A stretch of 56,979 nucleotides of DNA from Eledone cirrhosa (Eukaryota): positions 1 to 56,979 of the forward strand of contig CAXHJY010001216.1 in assembly GCA_964016885.1 (NCBI GenBank). The letters are read 5' to 3'. The notes beneath the pieces were generated by a model, which was not told the origin of the DNA, ran no database searches, and saw nothing but the letters and a program-made list of their open reading frames with translations. A program made the translations under genes and the position numbers. Positions 26,575 to 40,152 of the stretch are shown piece by piece; position 1 is the stretch's first letter; the number at the start of each line of letters is the position of its first letter.

Positions 26575-27590
26575 GTCAGTTGGCTGGTCTGTCAGTTGGC
26601 TGGTCTGTCAGTTGGCTGGTCTGTCAGTTGGCTGGTCTGTCAGTTGGCTGGTCTGTCAGTTGGCTGGTCTGTCAGTTGGCTGGTCTGTCAGTTGGCTGGT
26701 CTGTCAGTTGGCTGGTCTGTCAGTCCATCCGTCCGTCCCTGTCGGTCTGTCCGTCCCTGTCGGTCTGTGTCTGTCGGTCCGTCCGTCCCCGTCGGTCCGT
26801 CCCCGTCGGTCCGTCCCCGTCGGTCCGTCCCCGTCGGCCCGTGTGTCGGTCTGTCGTGTCTGTGTCTGTCGGGTCTGTGTCTGTCGGCCTGTGTCTGTCG
26901 GCCTGTGTCTGTCGGCCTGTGTCTGTCGGGTCTGTGTCTGTCGGGTCTGTGTCTGTCGGGTCTGTGTCTGTCGGGTCTGTGTCTGTCGGGTCTGTGTCTG
27001 TCGGCCTGTGTCTGTCGGCCTGTGTCTGTCGGCCTGTGTCTGTCGGCCTGTGTCTGTCGGCCTGTGTCTGTCGGCCTGTGTCTGTCGGCCTGTGTCTGTC
27101 GGCCTGTGTCTGTCGGGTCTGTGTCTGTCGGGTCTGTGTCTGTCGGGTCTGTGTCTGTCGGGTCTGTGTCTGTCGGCCTGTGTCTGTCGGCCTGTGTCTG
27201 TCGGCCTGTGTCTGTCGGCCTGTGTCTGTCGGCCTGTGTCTGTCGGCCTGTGTCTGTCGGCCTGTGTCTGTCGGCCTGTGTCTGTCGGCCTGTGTCTGTC
27301 GGCCTGTGTCTGTCGGCCTGTGTCTGTCGGCCTGTGTCTGTCGGCCTGTGTCTGTCAGCCTGTGTGTCGGCCCGTGTCTGTCGGTCTGTCAGCCTGTGTC
27401 TGTCGGCCTGTGTCTGTCAGCCTGTGTGTCGGCCCGTGTCTGTCGGTCTGTCGTGTCTGTGTCTGTCGGCCTGTGTCTGTCAGCCTGTGTGTCGGCCCGT
27501 GTCTGTCGGTCTGTCGGGCCTGTGTCTGTCAGTCTGTGTCTGTCGGCCTGTGTCTGTCGGCCTGTGTCTGTCGGCCTGTCTGCTTGTCAG
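26575..27590. repeat. Compound minisatellite: 16-mer gtcagttggctggtct, then 14-mers gtcggtccgtcccc and tgtgtctgtcgg(c/g)(c/t)c
   Basis: Periods counted directly; derived from GTCT/GTCA tetranucleotide background. Confidence 0.95.
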
Positions 27591-27764
27591 TCAGTCTGTT
27601 GGTCTGTCAGTCCACCAGTCAGTGAGTTGATCTGCCAGCCAGTCTGTTGGATGGTCAGTCTATCTGTCACTATCAATTGGCCAGTTATTTCATGTTACTC
27701 CTAATCAGGCAGATCTACCAATCTTAGGCAACAATCAAATGTCAAACAAGAACATACATGTCTC

Positions 27765-28055
27765 CTTATCATTATCTCAATTACCATTGCAATCATCATC
27801 ATCATCTCCACCACCACCATCATTATCACAACTATCATCATCATCTCTACTGCTACCATCATCATCTCTACTGCTACCATCATCATCATCATCACAATCA
27901 TCATTATCATCACTATCATCACAATCATCATTATCATCACAATCATCATCATCATTATCATTATCCTCACAATCATCATCATCATTATCATCACAATCAT
28001 CATCATCATCATCATTATCATTATCCTCACAATCATCATCATCATCACAATCATC
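27765..28055. repeat. (CAT)n microsatellite
   Basis: Directly visible. Confidence 0.95.
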
Positions 28056-28254
28056 TAGAGTGGGTATTTAGCTGGAGGTAAATCTAGGTAGGTTATATAA
28101 CTGGAGGTAGATCTAGATCTAGTGATGCTGGGGGTGTACTGGGTTGCACCAGTCCAACCCTCCCTAGCTGAACTCTGACAATACAAGTATTACAAGCCTC
28201 CTCCCCCACCCCAGTTGTTGGCAATAGACATCGGTTAAGTGAATGTAGTGGCAC

Positions 28255-30060
28255 CTCTATAACACAGACATACCTGCACTATCTATAACACAGACATGCC
28301 CGCACTATCTATAACACAGACATGCCCACACTATCTATAACACAGACATGCCCACACTATCTATAACACAGACATGCCCACACTATCTATAGCACAGACA
28401 CACCTACACTATAACAGACATACCCACACTATCTATAACACAGACATACCCACACTATCTATAACACAGACATACCCACACTATCTATAACACAGACATA
28501 CCCACACTATCTATAACAGACATACCCTCACTATCTATAACAGATACACCTACACTATCTATAACACAGACATACCCTCACTATCTATAACACAGACATA
28601 CCCTCACTATCTATAACAGATACACCTACACTATCTATAACACAGACATACCCGCACTATCTTTAGCACAGACATGCCCACACTATCTATAACAGACACA
28701 CCTACACTATAACACAGACATACCCACACTATCTATAACAGACATACCCTCACTATCTATAACAGATACACCTACACTATCTATAACACAGACATACCCG
28801 CACTATCTATAACACAGACATGCCCACACTATCTATAACAGATACAACCACACTAGCTATAACACAGACATACCCGCACTATCTATAACAGATACACCCA
28901 CACTATCTATAACACAGACATGCCCGCACTATCTATAACAGATACACCTACACTATCTATAACACAGACATACCCGCACTATCTATAACAGATACACCTA
29001 CACTATCTATAACACAGACATACCCGCACTATCTATAACAGATACACCCACACTAGCTATAACAGATACACCTACGCTATCTATAACACAGACATGCCCA
29101 CACTATCTATAACAGATACACCTACACTATCTATAACACAGACATGCCCGCACTATCTATAACAGATACACCTACACTATCTATAACACACACATACCCG
29201 CACTATCTATAACAGATACACCTACACTATCTATAACACAGACATGCCCACACTATCTATAACAGATACACCTACACTATCTATAACACAGACAAGCCCA
29301 CACTATCTATAACAGATACACCTACACTATCTATAACACAGACAAGCCCACACTATCTATAACAGATACACCTACACTATCTATAACACAGACAAGCCCA
29401 CACTATCTATAACAGATACACCTACACTATCTATAACACAGACATACCCGCACTATCTATAACAGATACACCCACACTATCTATAACAGATACACCTACA
29501 CTATCTATAACACAGACATGCCCGCACTATCTATAACAGATACACCTACACTATCTATAACACAGACATGCCCGCACTATCTATAACAGATACACCTACA
29601 CTATCTATAACACAGAGATACCCGCACTATCTATAACAGATACACCTACACTATCTATAACACAGACATGCCCACACTATCTATAACAGATACACCTACA
29701 CTATCTATAACACAGACATGCCCACACTATCTATAACAGATACACCTACACTATCTATAACACAGACATGCCCACACTATCTATAACAGATACACCTACA
29801 CTATCTATAACACAGACATGCCCGCACTATCTATAACAGATACACCTACACTATCTATAACACAGACATGCCCGCACTATCTATAACAGATACACCTACA
29901 CTATCTATAACACAGACATACCCGCACTATCTATAACAGATACACCTACACTATCTATAACACAGACATACCTGCACTATCTATAACACAGACATGCCCG
30001 CACTATCTATAACAGATATACCACACTACCTATAACAGACATACTCACACTACCTCTATA
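28255..30060. repeat. 26/24-bp minisatellite forming a 50-bp dimer
   Basis: cactatctataacacagacatgccc(g/a) (26) and cactatctataacagatacaccta (24). Confidence 0.95.
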
Positions 30061-30249
30061 ATATAGACCAATACACAATGTATATATTGTATACGTGTAT
30101 GTATGTATGCATGTATGCATGTATGTATGTGTGCATGTGTGCATGTATGTATGTATATATATATATAATGGACCTATTATTTTTATCTAAAGACATTTTT
30201 TTCAATTCCAACCCACCCGTCCCCTCAATCTATTTTATTTCTCATTCTT

Positions 30250-30285
30250 TCTTCTGATGAAGGACCAGCGTCAGAAACGTTAAGA
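30250..30285 (+). ncRNA. Minimal, degenerate type I hammerhead ribozyme motif
   Basis: tctt-CTGATGA-ag-gac-cagc-gtc-a-GAAA-cg-TT-aaga: stem I tctt/aaga, weak stem II, palindromic acgt stem III. Confidence 0.5.
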
Positions 30286-30372
30286 CCCTCTTCCTGCTAT
30301 ATCAAGCGTTAACCTAAGATATCTCTTCCATATACTGTACCGATTGTATTGTTATTTCTGTTTACCTTTTAC

Positions 30373-30374
<2 letters not shown>

Positions 30375-30410
<36 letters not shown>

Positions 30411-30692
30411 GTACATGTTTGTATGTGTCCATGTATGCATGTATATATATATATATTGTCTACATGTATGTATGTATGTATGCATGTGTACATGTATGTA
30501 TGTGTGTGTGCATGTATGTGTGTGTGTGTGTGTGTGCATGTATATATTGTCTACATGCATGCATGCATGAATGAATGAATGCATGTATATATGTGTAAAT
30601 GCATGTATGTATGTATGTATGTATGTATGTATATATGTATGCATGCATGCGTGTATGCATGTGCGTGTGTGTATATATATATAAGTATGTAT
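30375..30692. repeat. (TA)/(TATG)/(TG)n microsatellite
   Basis: Directly visible; a similar tract lies at ~30090-30168. Confidence 0.95.
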
Positions 30693-30748
30693 GAATAAAC
30701 CCATAACTCCTGATGGCATTAAAGGGCCTCTGTAGTGACATACAGAGG

Positions 30749-33700
30749 GTCTTGGGTGAACCTTTACAGTGTGTCTTGGGTACTTTAAACCAGGTGGACC
30801 TTTACAGTGTGTCTTGGGTACTTTAAACCTGGTGGACTTTTACAGTGTGTCTTGGGTACTTTAAACCTGGTGGACCTTTACAGTGTGTCTTGGGTACTTT
30901 AAACCAGGTGAACCTTTACAGTGTGTCTTGGGTACTTTAAACCAGGTGGACCTTTACAGTGTGTCTTGGGTACTTTAAACCAGGTGGACCTTTACAGTGT
31001 GTCTTGGGTACTTTAAACCAGGTGGAACTTTACAGTGTGTCTTGGGTACTTTAAACCAGGTGGACCTTTACAGTGTGTCTTGGGTACTTTAAACCAGGTG
31101 GACCTTTACAGTGTGTCTTGGGTACTTTAAACCTGGTGGACCTTTACAGTGTGTCTTGGGTACTTTAAACCAGGTGGACCTTTACAGTGTGTCTTGGGTA
31201 CTTTAAACCTGGTGGACCTTTACGGTGTGTCTTGGGTACTTTAAACCTGGTGGACCTTTACAGTGTGTCTTGGGTACTTTAAACCTGGTGGACCTTTACA
31301 GTGTGTCTTGGGTACTTTAAACCTGGTGGACCTTTACAGTGTGTCTTGGGTACTTTAAACCTGGTGGACCTTTACAGTGTGTCTTGGGTACTTTAAACCA
31401 GGTGAACCTTTACAGTGTGTCTTGGGTACTTTAAACCAGGTGGACCTTTACAGTGTGTCTTGGGTACTTTAAACCAGGTGGACCTTTACAGTGTGTCTTG
31501 GGTACTTTAAACCTGGTGGACCTTTACAGTGTGTCTTGGGTACTTTAAACCAGGTGGACCTTTACAGTGTGTCTTGGGTACTTTAAACCAGGTGGACCTT
31601 TACAGTGTGTCTTGGGTACTTTAAACCAGGTGGACCTTTACAGTGTGTCTTGGGTACTTTAAACCTGGTGGACCTTTACAGTGTGTCTTGGGTACTTTAA
31701 ACCAGGTGGACCTTTACAGTGTGTCTTGGGTACTTTAAACCAGGTGGACCTTTACAGTGTGTCTTGGGTACTTTAAACCTGGTGGACCTTTACAGTGTGT
31801 CTTGGGTACTTTAAACCAGGTGGACCTTTACAGTGTGTCTTGGGTACTTTAAACCAGGTGGACCTTTACAGTGTGTCTTGGGTACTTTAAACCTGGTGGA
31901 CCTTTACAGTGTGTCTTGGGTACTTTAAACCTGGTGGACCTTTACAGTGTGTCTTGGGTACTTTAAACCTGGTGGACCTTTACAGTGTGTCTTGGGTACT
32001 TTAAACCTGGTGGACCTTTACAGTGTGTCTTGGGTACTTTAAACCAGGTGGACCTTTACAGTGTGTCTTGGGTACTTTAAACCTGGTGGACCTTTACAGT
32101 GTGTCTTGGGTACTTTAAACCTGGTGGACCTTTACAGTGTGTCTTGGGTACTTTAAACCTGGTGGACCTTTACAGTGTGTCTTGGGTAATTTAAACCTGG
32201 TGGACCTTTACAGTGTGTCTTGGGTACTTTAAACCTGGTGGACCTTTACAGTGTGTCTTGGGTACTTTAAACCAGGTGGACCTTTACAGTGTGTCTTGGG
32301 TACTTTAAACCAGGTGGACCTTTATGGTGTGTCTTGGGTACTTTAAACCTGGTGGACCTTTACAGTGTGTCTTGGGTACTTTAAACCTGGTGGACCTTTA
32401 CAGTGTGTCTTGGGTACTTTAAACCAGGTGGACCTTTACAGTGTGTATTGGGTACTTTAAACCAGGTGGACCTTTATGGTGTGTCTTGGGTACTTTAAAC
32501 CAGGTGGACCTTTACAGTGTGTCTTGGGTACTTTAAACCAGGTGGACCTTTATGGTGTGTCTTGGGTACTTTAAACCTGGTGGACCTTTACAGTGTGTCT
32601 TGGGTACTTTAAACCTGGTGGACCTTTATGGTGTGTCTTGGGTACTTTAAACCTGGTGGACCTTTATGGTGTGTCATGGGTACTTTAAACCAGGTGGACC
32701 TTTACAGTGTGTCTTGGGTACTTTAAACCAGGTGGACCTTTACAGTGTGTCTTGGGTACTTTAAACCAGGTGGACCTTTACAGTGTGTCTTGGGTACTTT
32801 AAACCAGGTGGACCTTTATGGTGTGTCTTGGGTACTTTAAACCAGGTGGACCTTTACAGTGTGTCTTGGGTACTTTAAACCAGGTGGACCTTTACAGTGA
32901 TTCTTGGGTACTTTAAACCTGGTGGACCTTTACAGTGTGTTTTGGGTACTTTAAACCTGGTGGACCTTTATGGTGTGTCTTGGGTACTTTAAACCTGGTG
33001 GACCTTTACAGTGTGTCTTGGGTACTTTAAACCTGGTGGACCTTTACAGTGTGTCTTGGGTACTTTAAACCTGGTGGACCTTTACAGTGTGTATTGGGTA
33101 CTTTAAACCAGGTGGACCTTTACAGTGTGCCTTGGGTACTTTAAACCAGGTGGACCTTTACAGTGTGTCTTGGGTACTTTAAACCTGGTGGACCTTTACA
33201 GTGTGTCTTGGGTACTTTAAACCTGGTGGACCTTTACAGTGTGTCTTGGGTACTTTAAACCTGGTGGACCGTTATGGTGATTCTTGGGTACTTTAAACCT
33301 GGTGGACCTTTACGGTGATTCTTGGGTACTTTAAACCTGGTGGACCTTTACGGTGATTCTTGGGTACTTTAAACCTGGTGGACCTTTACGGTGTGTCTTG
33401 GGTACTTTAAACCTGGTGGACCTTTACGGTGTGTCTTGGGTACTTTAAACCTGGTGGACCTTTACAGTGTGTCTTGGGTACTTTAAACCTGGTGGACCTT
33501 TACAGTGTGTCTTGGGTACTTTAAACCTGGTGGACCTTTACAGTGTGTCTTGGGTACTTTAAACCAGGTGGACCTTTACAGTGTGTCTTAGGTACTTTAA
33601 ACCTGGTGGATCTTTACAGTGTGTCTTGGGTACTTTAAACCTGGTGGACCTTTACAGTGTGTCTTGGGTACTTTAAACCAGGTGGACCTTTACAGTGTGT

Positions 33701-35507
33701 CTTGGGTACTTTAAACCTGGTGGACCTTTACAGTGTGTCTTGGGTACTTTAAACCTGGTGGACCTTTATGGTGATTCTTGGGTACTTTAAACCTGGTGGA
33801 CCTTTACAGTGTGTCTTGGGTACTTTAAACCAGGTGGACCTTTACAGTGTGTCTTGGGTACTTTAAACCTGGTGGACCTTTACAGTGATTCTTGGGTACT
33901 TTAAACCTGGTGGACCTTTACGGTGATTCTTGGGTACTTTAAACCTGGTGGACCTTTACAGTGTGTCTTGGGTACTTTAAACCAGGTGGACCTTTACAGT
34001 GTGTCTTGGGTACTGTAAACCAGGTGGACCTTTACAGTGTGTCTTGGGTACTTTAAACCTGGTGGACCTTTATGGTGATTCTTGGGTACTTTAAACCTGG
34101 TGGACCTTTACGGTGATTCTTGGGTACTTTAAACCTGGTGGACCTTTACAGTGTCTTGGGTACTTTAAACCTGTTGGACCTTTACGGTGATTCTTGGGTA
34201 CTTTAAACCTGGTGGACCTTTATGGTGTGTCTTGGGTACTTTAAACCTGGTGGACCTTTATGGTGTGTCTTGGGTACTTTAAACCGGGTGGACATTTACA
34301 GTGTGTCTTGGGTACTTTAAACCTGGTGGACATTTACAGTGTGTCTTGGGTACTTTAAACCTGGTGGACCTTTACAGTGTCTTGGGTACTTTAAACCTGG
34401 TGGACCTTTACGGTGATTCTTGGGTACTTTAAACCTGGCGGACCTTTATGGTGTGTCTTGGGTACTTTAAACCTGGTGGACCTTTATGGTGTGTCTTGGG
34501 TACTTTAAACCTGGTGGACCTTTACAGTGTGTCTTGGGTACTTTAAACCTGGTGGACCTTTACAGTGTGTCTTGGGTACTTTAAACCTGGTGGACCTTTA
34601 CAGTGTGTCTTGGGTACTTTAAACCTGGTGGACCTTTACAGTGTGTCTTGGGTACTTTAAACCTGGTGGACCTTTACAGTGTGTCTTGGGTACTTTAAAC
34701 CTGGTGGACCTTTACAGTGTGTCTTGGGTACTTTAAACCTGGTGGACCTTTACAGTGTGTCTTGGGTACTTTAAACCTGGTGGACCTTTACAGTGTGTCT
34801 TGGGTACTTTAAACCTAGTGGACCTTTACAGTGTGTCTTGGGTACTTTAAACCTGGTGGACCTTTACAGTGTGTCTTGGGTACTTTAAACCTGGTGGACC
34901 TTTACAGTGTGTCTTGGGTACTTTAAACCAGGTGGACCTTTACAGTGTGTCTTGGGTACTTTAAACCTGGTGGACCTTTACAGTGTCTTGGGTACTTTAA
35001 ACCTGGTGGACCTTTATGGTGATTCTTGGGTACTTTAAACCTGGTGGACCTTTATGGTGATTCTTGGGTACTTTAAACCTGGTGGACCTTTACGGTGATT
35101 CTTGGGTACTTTAAACCTGGTGGACCTTTACGGTGATTCTTGGGTACTTTAAACCTGGTGGACCTTTACGGTGATTCTTGGGTACTTTAAACCTGGTGGA
35201 CCTTTACAGTGTGTCTTGGGTACTTTAAACCTGGTGGACCTTTACATTGTGTCTTGGGTACTTTAAACCAGGTGGACCTTTACAGTGTGTCTTGGGTACT
35301 TTAAACCTGGTGGACCTTTATGGTGATTCTTGGGTACTTTAAACCTGGTGGACCTTTATGGTGATTCTTGGGTACTTTAAACCTGGTGGACCTTTACGGT
35401 GATTCTTGGGTACTTTAAACCTGGTGGACCTTTACAGTGTGTCTTGGGTACTTTAAACCTGGTGGACCTTTACAGTTGGTCTTGGGTACTTTAAACTTGG
35501 TGGACCC
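30749..35507. repeat. 38-bp minisatellite, ~125 copies
   Basis: Unit gtggacctttacagtgtgtcttgggtactttaaacc(t/a)g; tactttaaac at 30781 and 30819. Confidence 0.98.
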
Positions 35508-35692
35508 TTCCTCATTCCAGGACTGAATAGAAGAGATTTCTTCCAGGAAAGAAGAGAGAGAGATGAAAGAAAAATAAAAGAGAAAGTCAGAGAGAGATGA
35601 AAAGAAAAAAGAGAAATATATGAAAGAAAAAAGAGAAAGGATGAGAGAGAAAGGGCGAGTAAGAGAGAGGAAATAAAGAGATATAGAGGAAG

Positions 35693-36212
35693 AATCGACC
35701 CCAGTACTGAACTGGTACTTTTTTTAATCGACCTCGAAGGACCAAAGGCAAAGTTGACCAGCAGGATTTAAACTCAGAGAGCTGAGAAAGCCAGAATAAA
35801 TAAAAAAAAGCATTCTATTCTCAGATGTTGAATAATCGTCCCTCCCCCACCTGCTTATTATTTTTTCAGATATTTTCCAACCTCCCTGCTTTTATTCCAC
35901 CCCTACACCCCACTTATTAAATTTTGCTAATCTATCACTGGCATAATTTTATTGTAAGTGATTCATATTGATACAGCAGCTTGCGAATCTAATAAGAATT
36001 TTTATTTTACATTAAAAACATATATGACAAAAAAAGAACATTACAAGAAATCCAATATTTATGAATGGACACTATACAATTACACCCCCATCTCCGTATG
36101 ATTATATGAATTTAAGCAAATATCCAACCCTCTGCTTATTCTCCCCTTTCCCCTATTATTTGAGACCCAAGAGTATCTGACGTTCTAACGACTCTGCCAA
36201 TTCACCCCCTTA
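35693..36212 (-). mobile_element. SINE interrupted by a MITE
   Basis: Body 35693-35815 (aatcgaccccagtactgaactggtact...aaaggcaaagttgac) and head 36176-36212 (ctaacgactctgccaattcacccc) rejoin into one SINE. Confidence 0.8.
35816..36175. mobile_element. MITE-like DNA element with degenerate TIRs and TA ends
   Basis: Left tattctcagatgttgaataat vs reverse complement of right tactcttgggtctcaaataat; internal repeat ccaacc..ctgcttatt near both ends. Confidence 0.6.
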
Positions 36213-36616
36213 TCCAATATACAATACAATTATGTAAATACCATACAATATTTCACAAAGGGTGTTGTCTCGCAACCAACATTCTTTTATAAAAGTATAT
36301 CTTCCCTGAAATGATATCTAGATTTGTGTTGTTGCCATAATAATAGTGCAATAATTGTAAGCATAGCAACAGTGTGGTTACTATAGTAACTGTGTAATGT
36401 AACCCGTAACCCAGGGATATATTTCATTATAGCCACCTAGAATATTTCCTCAATCAAATTTATGTTGTATTTTAATATCTCATTGAGACAAATATTTCTG
36501 TTATGTAGAGAGAATTTGAGGATATATCTATATGTGTGAATGTGTTGTAAGTGTGTGCACACTTTACAACTGTCTGTCTGTCTGACTGTCTGTCTGTCTG
36601 TCTGTCTGTTTGTTTG

Positions 36617-37045
36617 TCCACCCTGTAAGGTGGTCATGCTGTTGATATGACAAAAAGAACCCAGTCCACCTAGTAAGATGTTTGTCTTGGTGACATGACA
36701 AAAAGAACCCAGTCCACCTAGTAAGATGTTTGTGTTGGTGACATGACAAAAAGAACCCAGTCCACCTTGTAAGATGTTTGTGTTGGTGACATGACAAAAA
36801 GAACCCAGTCCACCTTGTAAGGTGGTTGTGTTGGTGACATGACAAAAAGAACCCAGTCCACCTTGTAAGGTGGTTGTGTTGGTGACATGACAAAAAGAAC
36901 CCAGTCCACCTTGTAAGGTGGTTGTGTTGGTGACATGACAAAAAAAACCCTGGCTACCTGTAAGGTGGTCATAATGGTGACATGACAAAAAGTACCCAGT
37001 CCCTCTTGTAAAGTGGTCGTCTTGGTGACACCACAAAAAGCACCA
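36617..37045. repeat. 48-bp minisatellite (~9 copies) derived from RTE 3' UTR
   Basis: Unit ggtgacatgacaaaaagaacccagtccaccttgtaaggtggttgtgtt; period 48 (36781, 36829). Confidence 0.93.
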
Positions 37046-37309
37046 ATCCTCCAGTCTTGTGCTACCTTGCAGAATTTCTGTATACGTCTATCTTTATCTC
37101 AGTTTATTTGTTTACCCCCCCCCCTTTTTTTACAATTTAGTTAGGGAGGGAAGAGCAGTGCCAATATCCCTTTTCAGGATCTCAGACTTATGAGAGGGAA
37201 GTATCCTCCAGCCAGAGACCTCAATTGCAGAGCTGATGCTACCATTAAGACCCGTTAAGTAGCTACCCCAGCTGCAAACCTCAGAGAGACACAGGACTGA
37301 ACCTTAAAG

Positions 37310-38425
37310 GGTCACAGTTCTATACAGGGCTGGTGTTACCATTAAGGGCAACTAGATAGCTGTGGTAGATACAGACCTCAGGGAGATGAACTACTGGACC
37401 TTAATCTCAGTGTTATACAGGGCTGGTGTTACTATAAGGGCAACTAGATAGCTGTGGTAGATACAAACCTCAGGGAGGTGAACTACTGGACCTTAATCTC
37501 AGTGTTATACAGGGCTGGTGTTACTATAAGGGCAACTAGATAGCTGTGGTAGATACAAACCTCAGGGAGGTGAACTACTGAACGTTAATCTCAATGTTAT
37601 ACAGGGCTGGTGTTACCATTAAGGGCAACTAGACAGCTGTGGTAGATACAGACCACAGGGAGGTGAACTACTGGACCTTAATCTCAGTGTTATATAGGGC
37701 TGGTGTTACCATTAAGGGCAACTAGACAGCTGTGGTAGATACAAACCTCAGGGAGGTGAACTACTGGACCTTAATCTCAGTGTTATACAGGGCTGGTGTT
37801 ACCATTAAGGGCAACTAGACACTGTGGTAGATACAGACCTCAGGGAGGTGAACTACTGGACCTTAATCTCAGTGTTATATAGGGCTGGTGTTACTATTAA
37901 GGGCAACTAGACAGCTGTGGTAGATACAGACCTCAGAGAGGTGAACTACTGGACCTTAATCACAGTGTTATACAGGGCTGGTGTTACCATTAAGGGCAAC
38001 TAGACAGCTATGGTAGATACAGACCTCAGGGAGGTGAACTGCTGGACCTTAATCACAGTGTTATACAGGGCTGGTGTTACCATTAAGGGCAACTAGACAG
38101 CTGTGGTAGATACAGACCTCAGAGAGATGAACTACTGGACCTTAATCACAGTGTTATACAGGGCTGGTGTTACCATTAAGGGCAACTAGATAGCTGTTGT
38201 AGATACAGACCTCAGGGAGGTGAACTACTGGACCTTAATCTCAGTGTTATACAGGGCTGGTGTTACCATTAAGGGCAACTAGACAGCTGTGGTAGATACA
38301 TACCTCAGAAAGGTGAACTACTGGACCTTAATCTCACTGTTATACAGGGCTGGTGTTACCATTAAGGGCAACTAGACAGCTGTGGTAGATACAGACCTCA
38401 GAAAGGTGAACTACTGGACCTTAAG
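37310..38425. repeat. 92-93-bp minisatellite (~12 copies)
   Basis: tatacagggctggtgttac at 37321, 37414, 37506; a diverged unit lies at ~37215-37320. Confidence 0.95.
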
Positions 38426-38562
38426 GGATCAAAGTTTTATACAAATTTGTATGATTAAATTTAATATATAATAATTTCCTGCAATCAATATATAAATCAC
38501 TAAGCATCTTTGTTGTGTAACAGGGTTGTGGAAATATCTAAAGTGGTGGAGAGGGTCGTATG

Positions 38563-38752
38563 GTGTTATGACCTGCTTCATGATTTGGAGTGGGTGAATG
38601 CGGACAGTGTAGTGGGGGTGTTATGACCTGTTGCATGATTTAGTATGGGTGAAAGTAGACAGTGTAGTGGGGGTGTGTTATGACCTGTCGCATGATTTAG
38701 TATGGGTGAATGTGGATTGTGTAGTGGGGTGTGTTATGATCTGTTACATGAT
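38563..38752. repeat. ~56-bp diverged tandem repeat (~3.4 copies)
   Basis: gtgttatga at 38563, 38618, 38675, 38731. Confidence 0.85.
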
Positions 38753-40097
38753 GTGGTGATGGTGGTGCTGATGGATTAGGGTTTTAAATTCCCAAGAATT
38801 AACTCTGTACCAGAGAATGGATTCTCCAAAGGTGTCCTAGGGCCATGTGGTTGTGATGGTTTTGATGATGGTATAGTGTGGTGGTGATGGCGGTTGTTCA
38901 GGTGGTGGTGATGATTTTGATGATGGTGGTGCTGGTGGTGGTAGAGGTTTTGGAGGTGGTGGTGTTAGTGTGTTTGGTCATGATGTTGTTTTTGATTTTG
39001 GCAGTGGTGATAGTGGTAATGGTCCCCGACCCTGCTTTGTTCCACAATCCCCCTCCCCACACACACACAATGTCACCCACCCTGCTACAACCCTCACCCA
39101 CCCTGCTACAACCCTCACACACCCAACGCCCTACACACTTGTCCACATCCCTTAAACCCTGCTCTGACCACCACCACACACCCGCCCTATCCAGGTCCCC
39201 CACACACACACTCAGCTCTGACCCCCTCACCCCCCCTAATGACTACCCCCACCCAATCTAACCCCCCACAATATCCGTCCTCCTCCTCCTCAATATATAA
39301 CACTTCAACAACAGCTGTCTTTAGTTAGTCATACATATTTCATCTGTGACCTAACTCATTTACTTTCTTCACTGCCCTCCACCACCACCACATCAAACAC
39401 CACCAACTCCAACACCACCTCCATCACTACCGCCACCACAACCACCGCAACTACCCTCCTCCACCACCACCACAACCGCCCCCACCCCACTTCCACCACC
39501 AAACCATCTCAAGAAGCCTCACCAAAGTCAATCATTCTTGACCTGCTAGAAATAGCAGTTAAGTTTCCTCAAATCAAAACTTTATCTTAAAGAAAAAGAA
39601 AAACAAGCAAGAAAACCTTCCTTCGCCCCACACCACCCATCACCGAATACATTGGTCAATATAACATTAGATACATTGTAAAGTTGTGATGGTCACGGAT
39701 GGTACGCCTTTGTAAACATGCCTTGTCTATCAGCTTGACCTTGGGCCTAATAACTTCCGGCTCTGATTACATATGATGACGTATTTTCTCCCCCCCCCCC
39801 CATTAACACGCATACATACATGCACACACACAAAGCGTAGTCCCTTCCTTGTTCTGAGACAGATACATATATACATACATATATACATACATATATATAT
39901 ACATATATATACATATATATACATACATATGTACATATACATACATATAGATTTTGGGTTTATGTTGGTTGTATACCAACACCTCAGTATGCAGGCTGGA
40001 GCACTCGACGAAGTGCGCAGGTTGGTTTGGTTACTCCGGAGTAGTGTAAAATAAAGTTAAATAAAAGTCAAATGATTAAAATTTAGCTTCGTTTATT

Positions 40098-40152
40098 ACT
40101 GCTATATATATTTCAGTGACAGCCATCTTTGGCTGTGACCTCTTCAGGCAGT
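40098..40152 (-). ncRNA. Type I hammerhead ribozyme motif (minus-strand copy)
   Basis: Exact reverse complement of 40383-40437. Confidence 0.75.

Noticed and set aside
30749-35507. CRISPR-like array (38-bp repeat)
   Set aside because: Head-to-tail units with no unique spacers, no cas genes, eukaryotic context.
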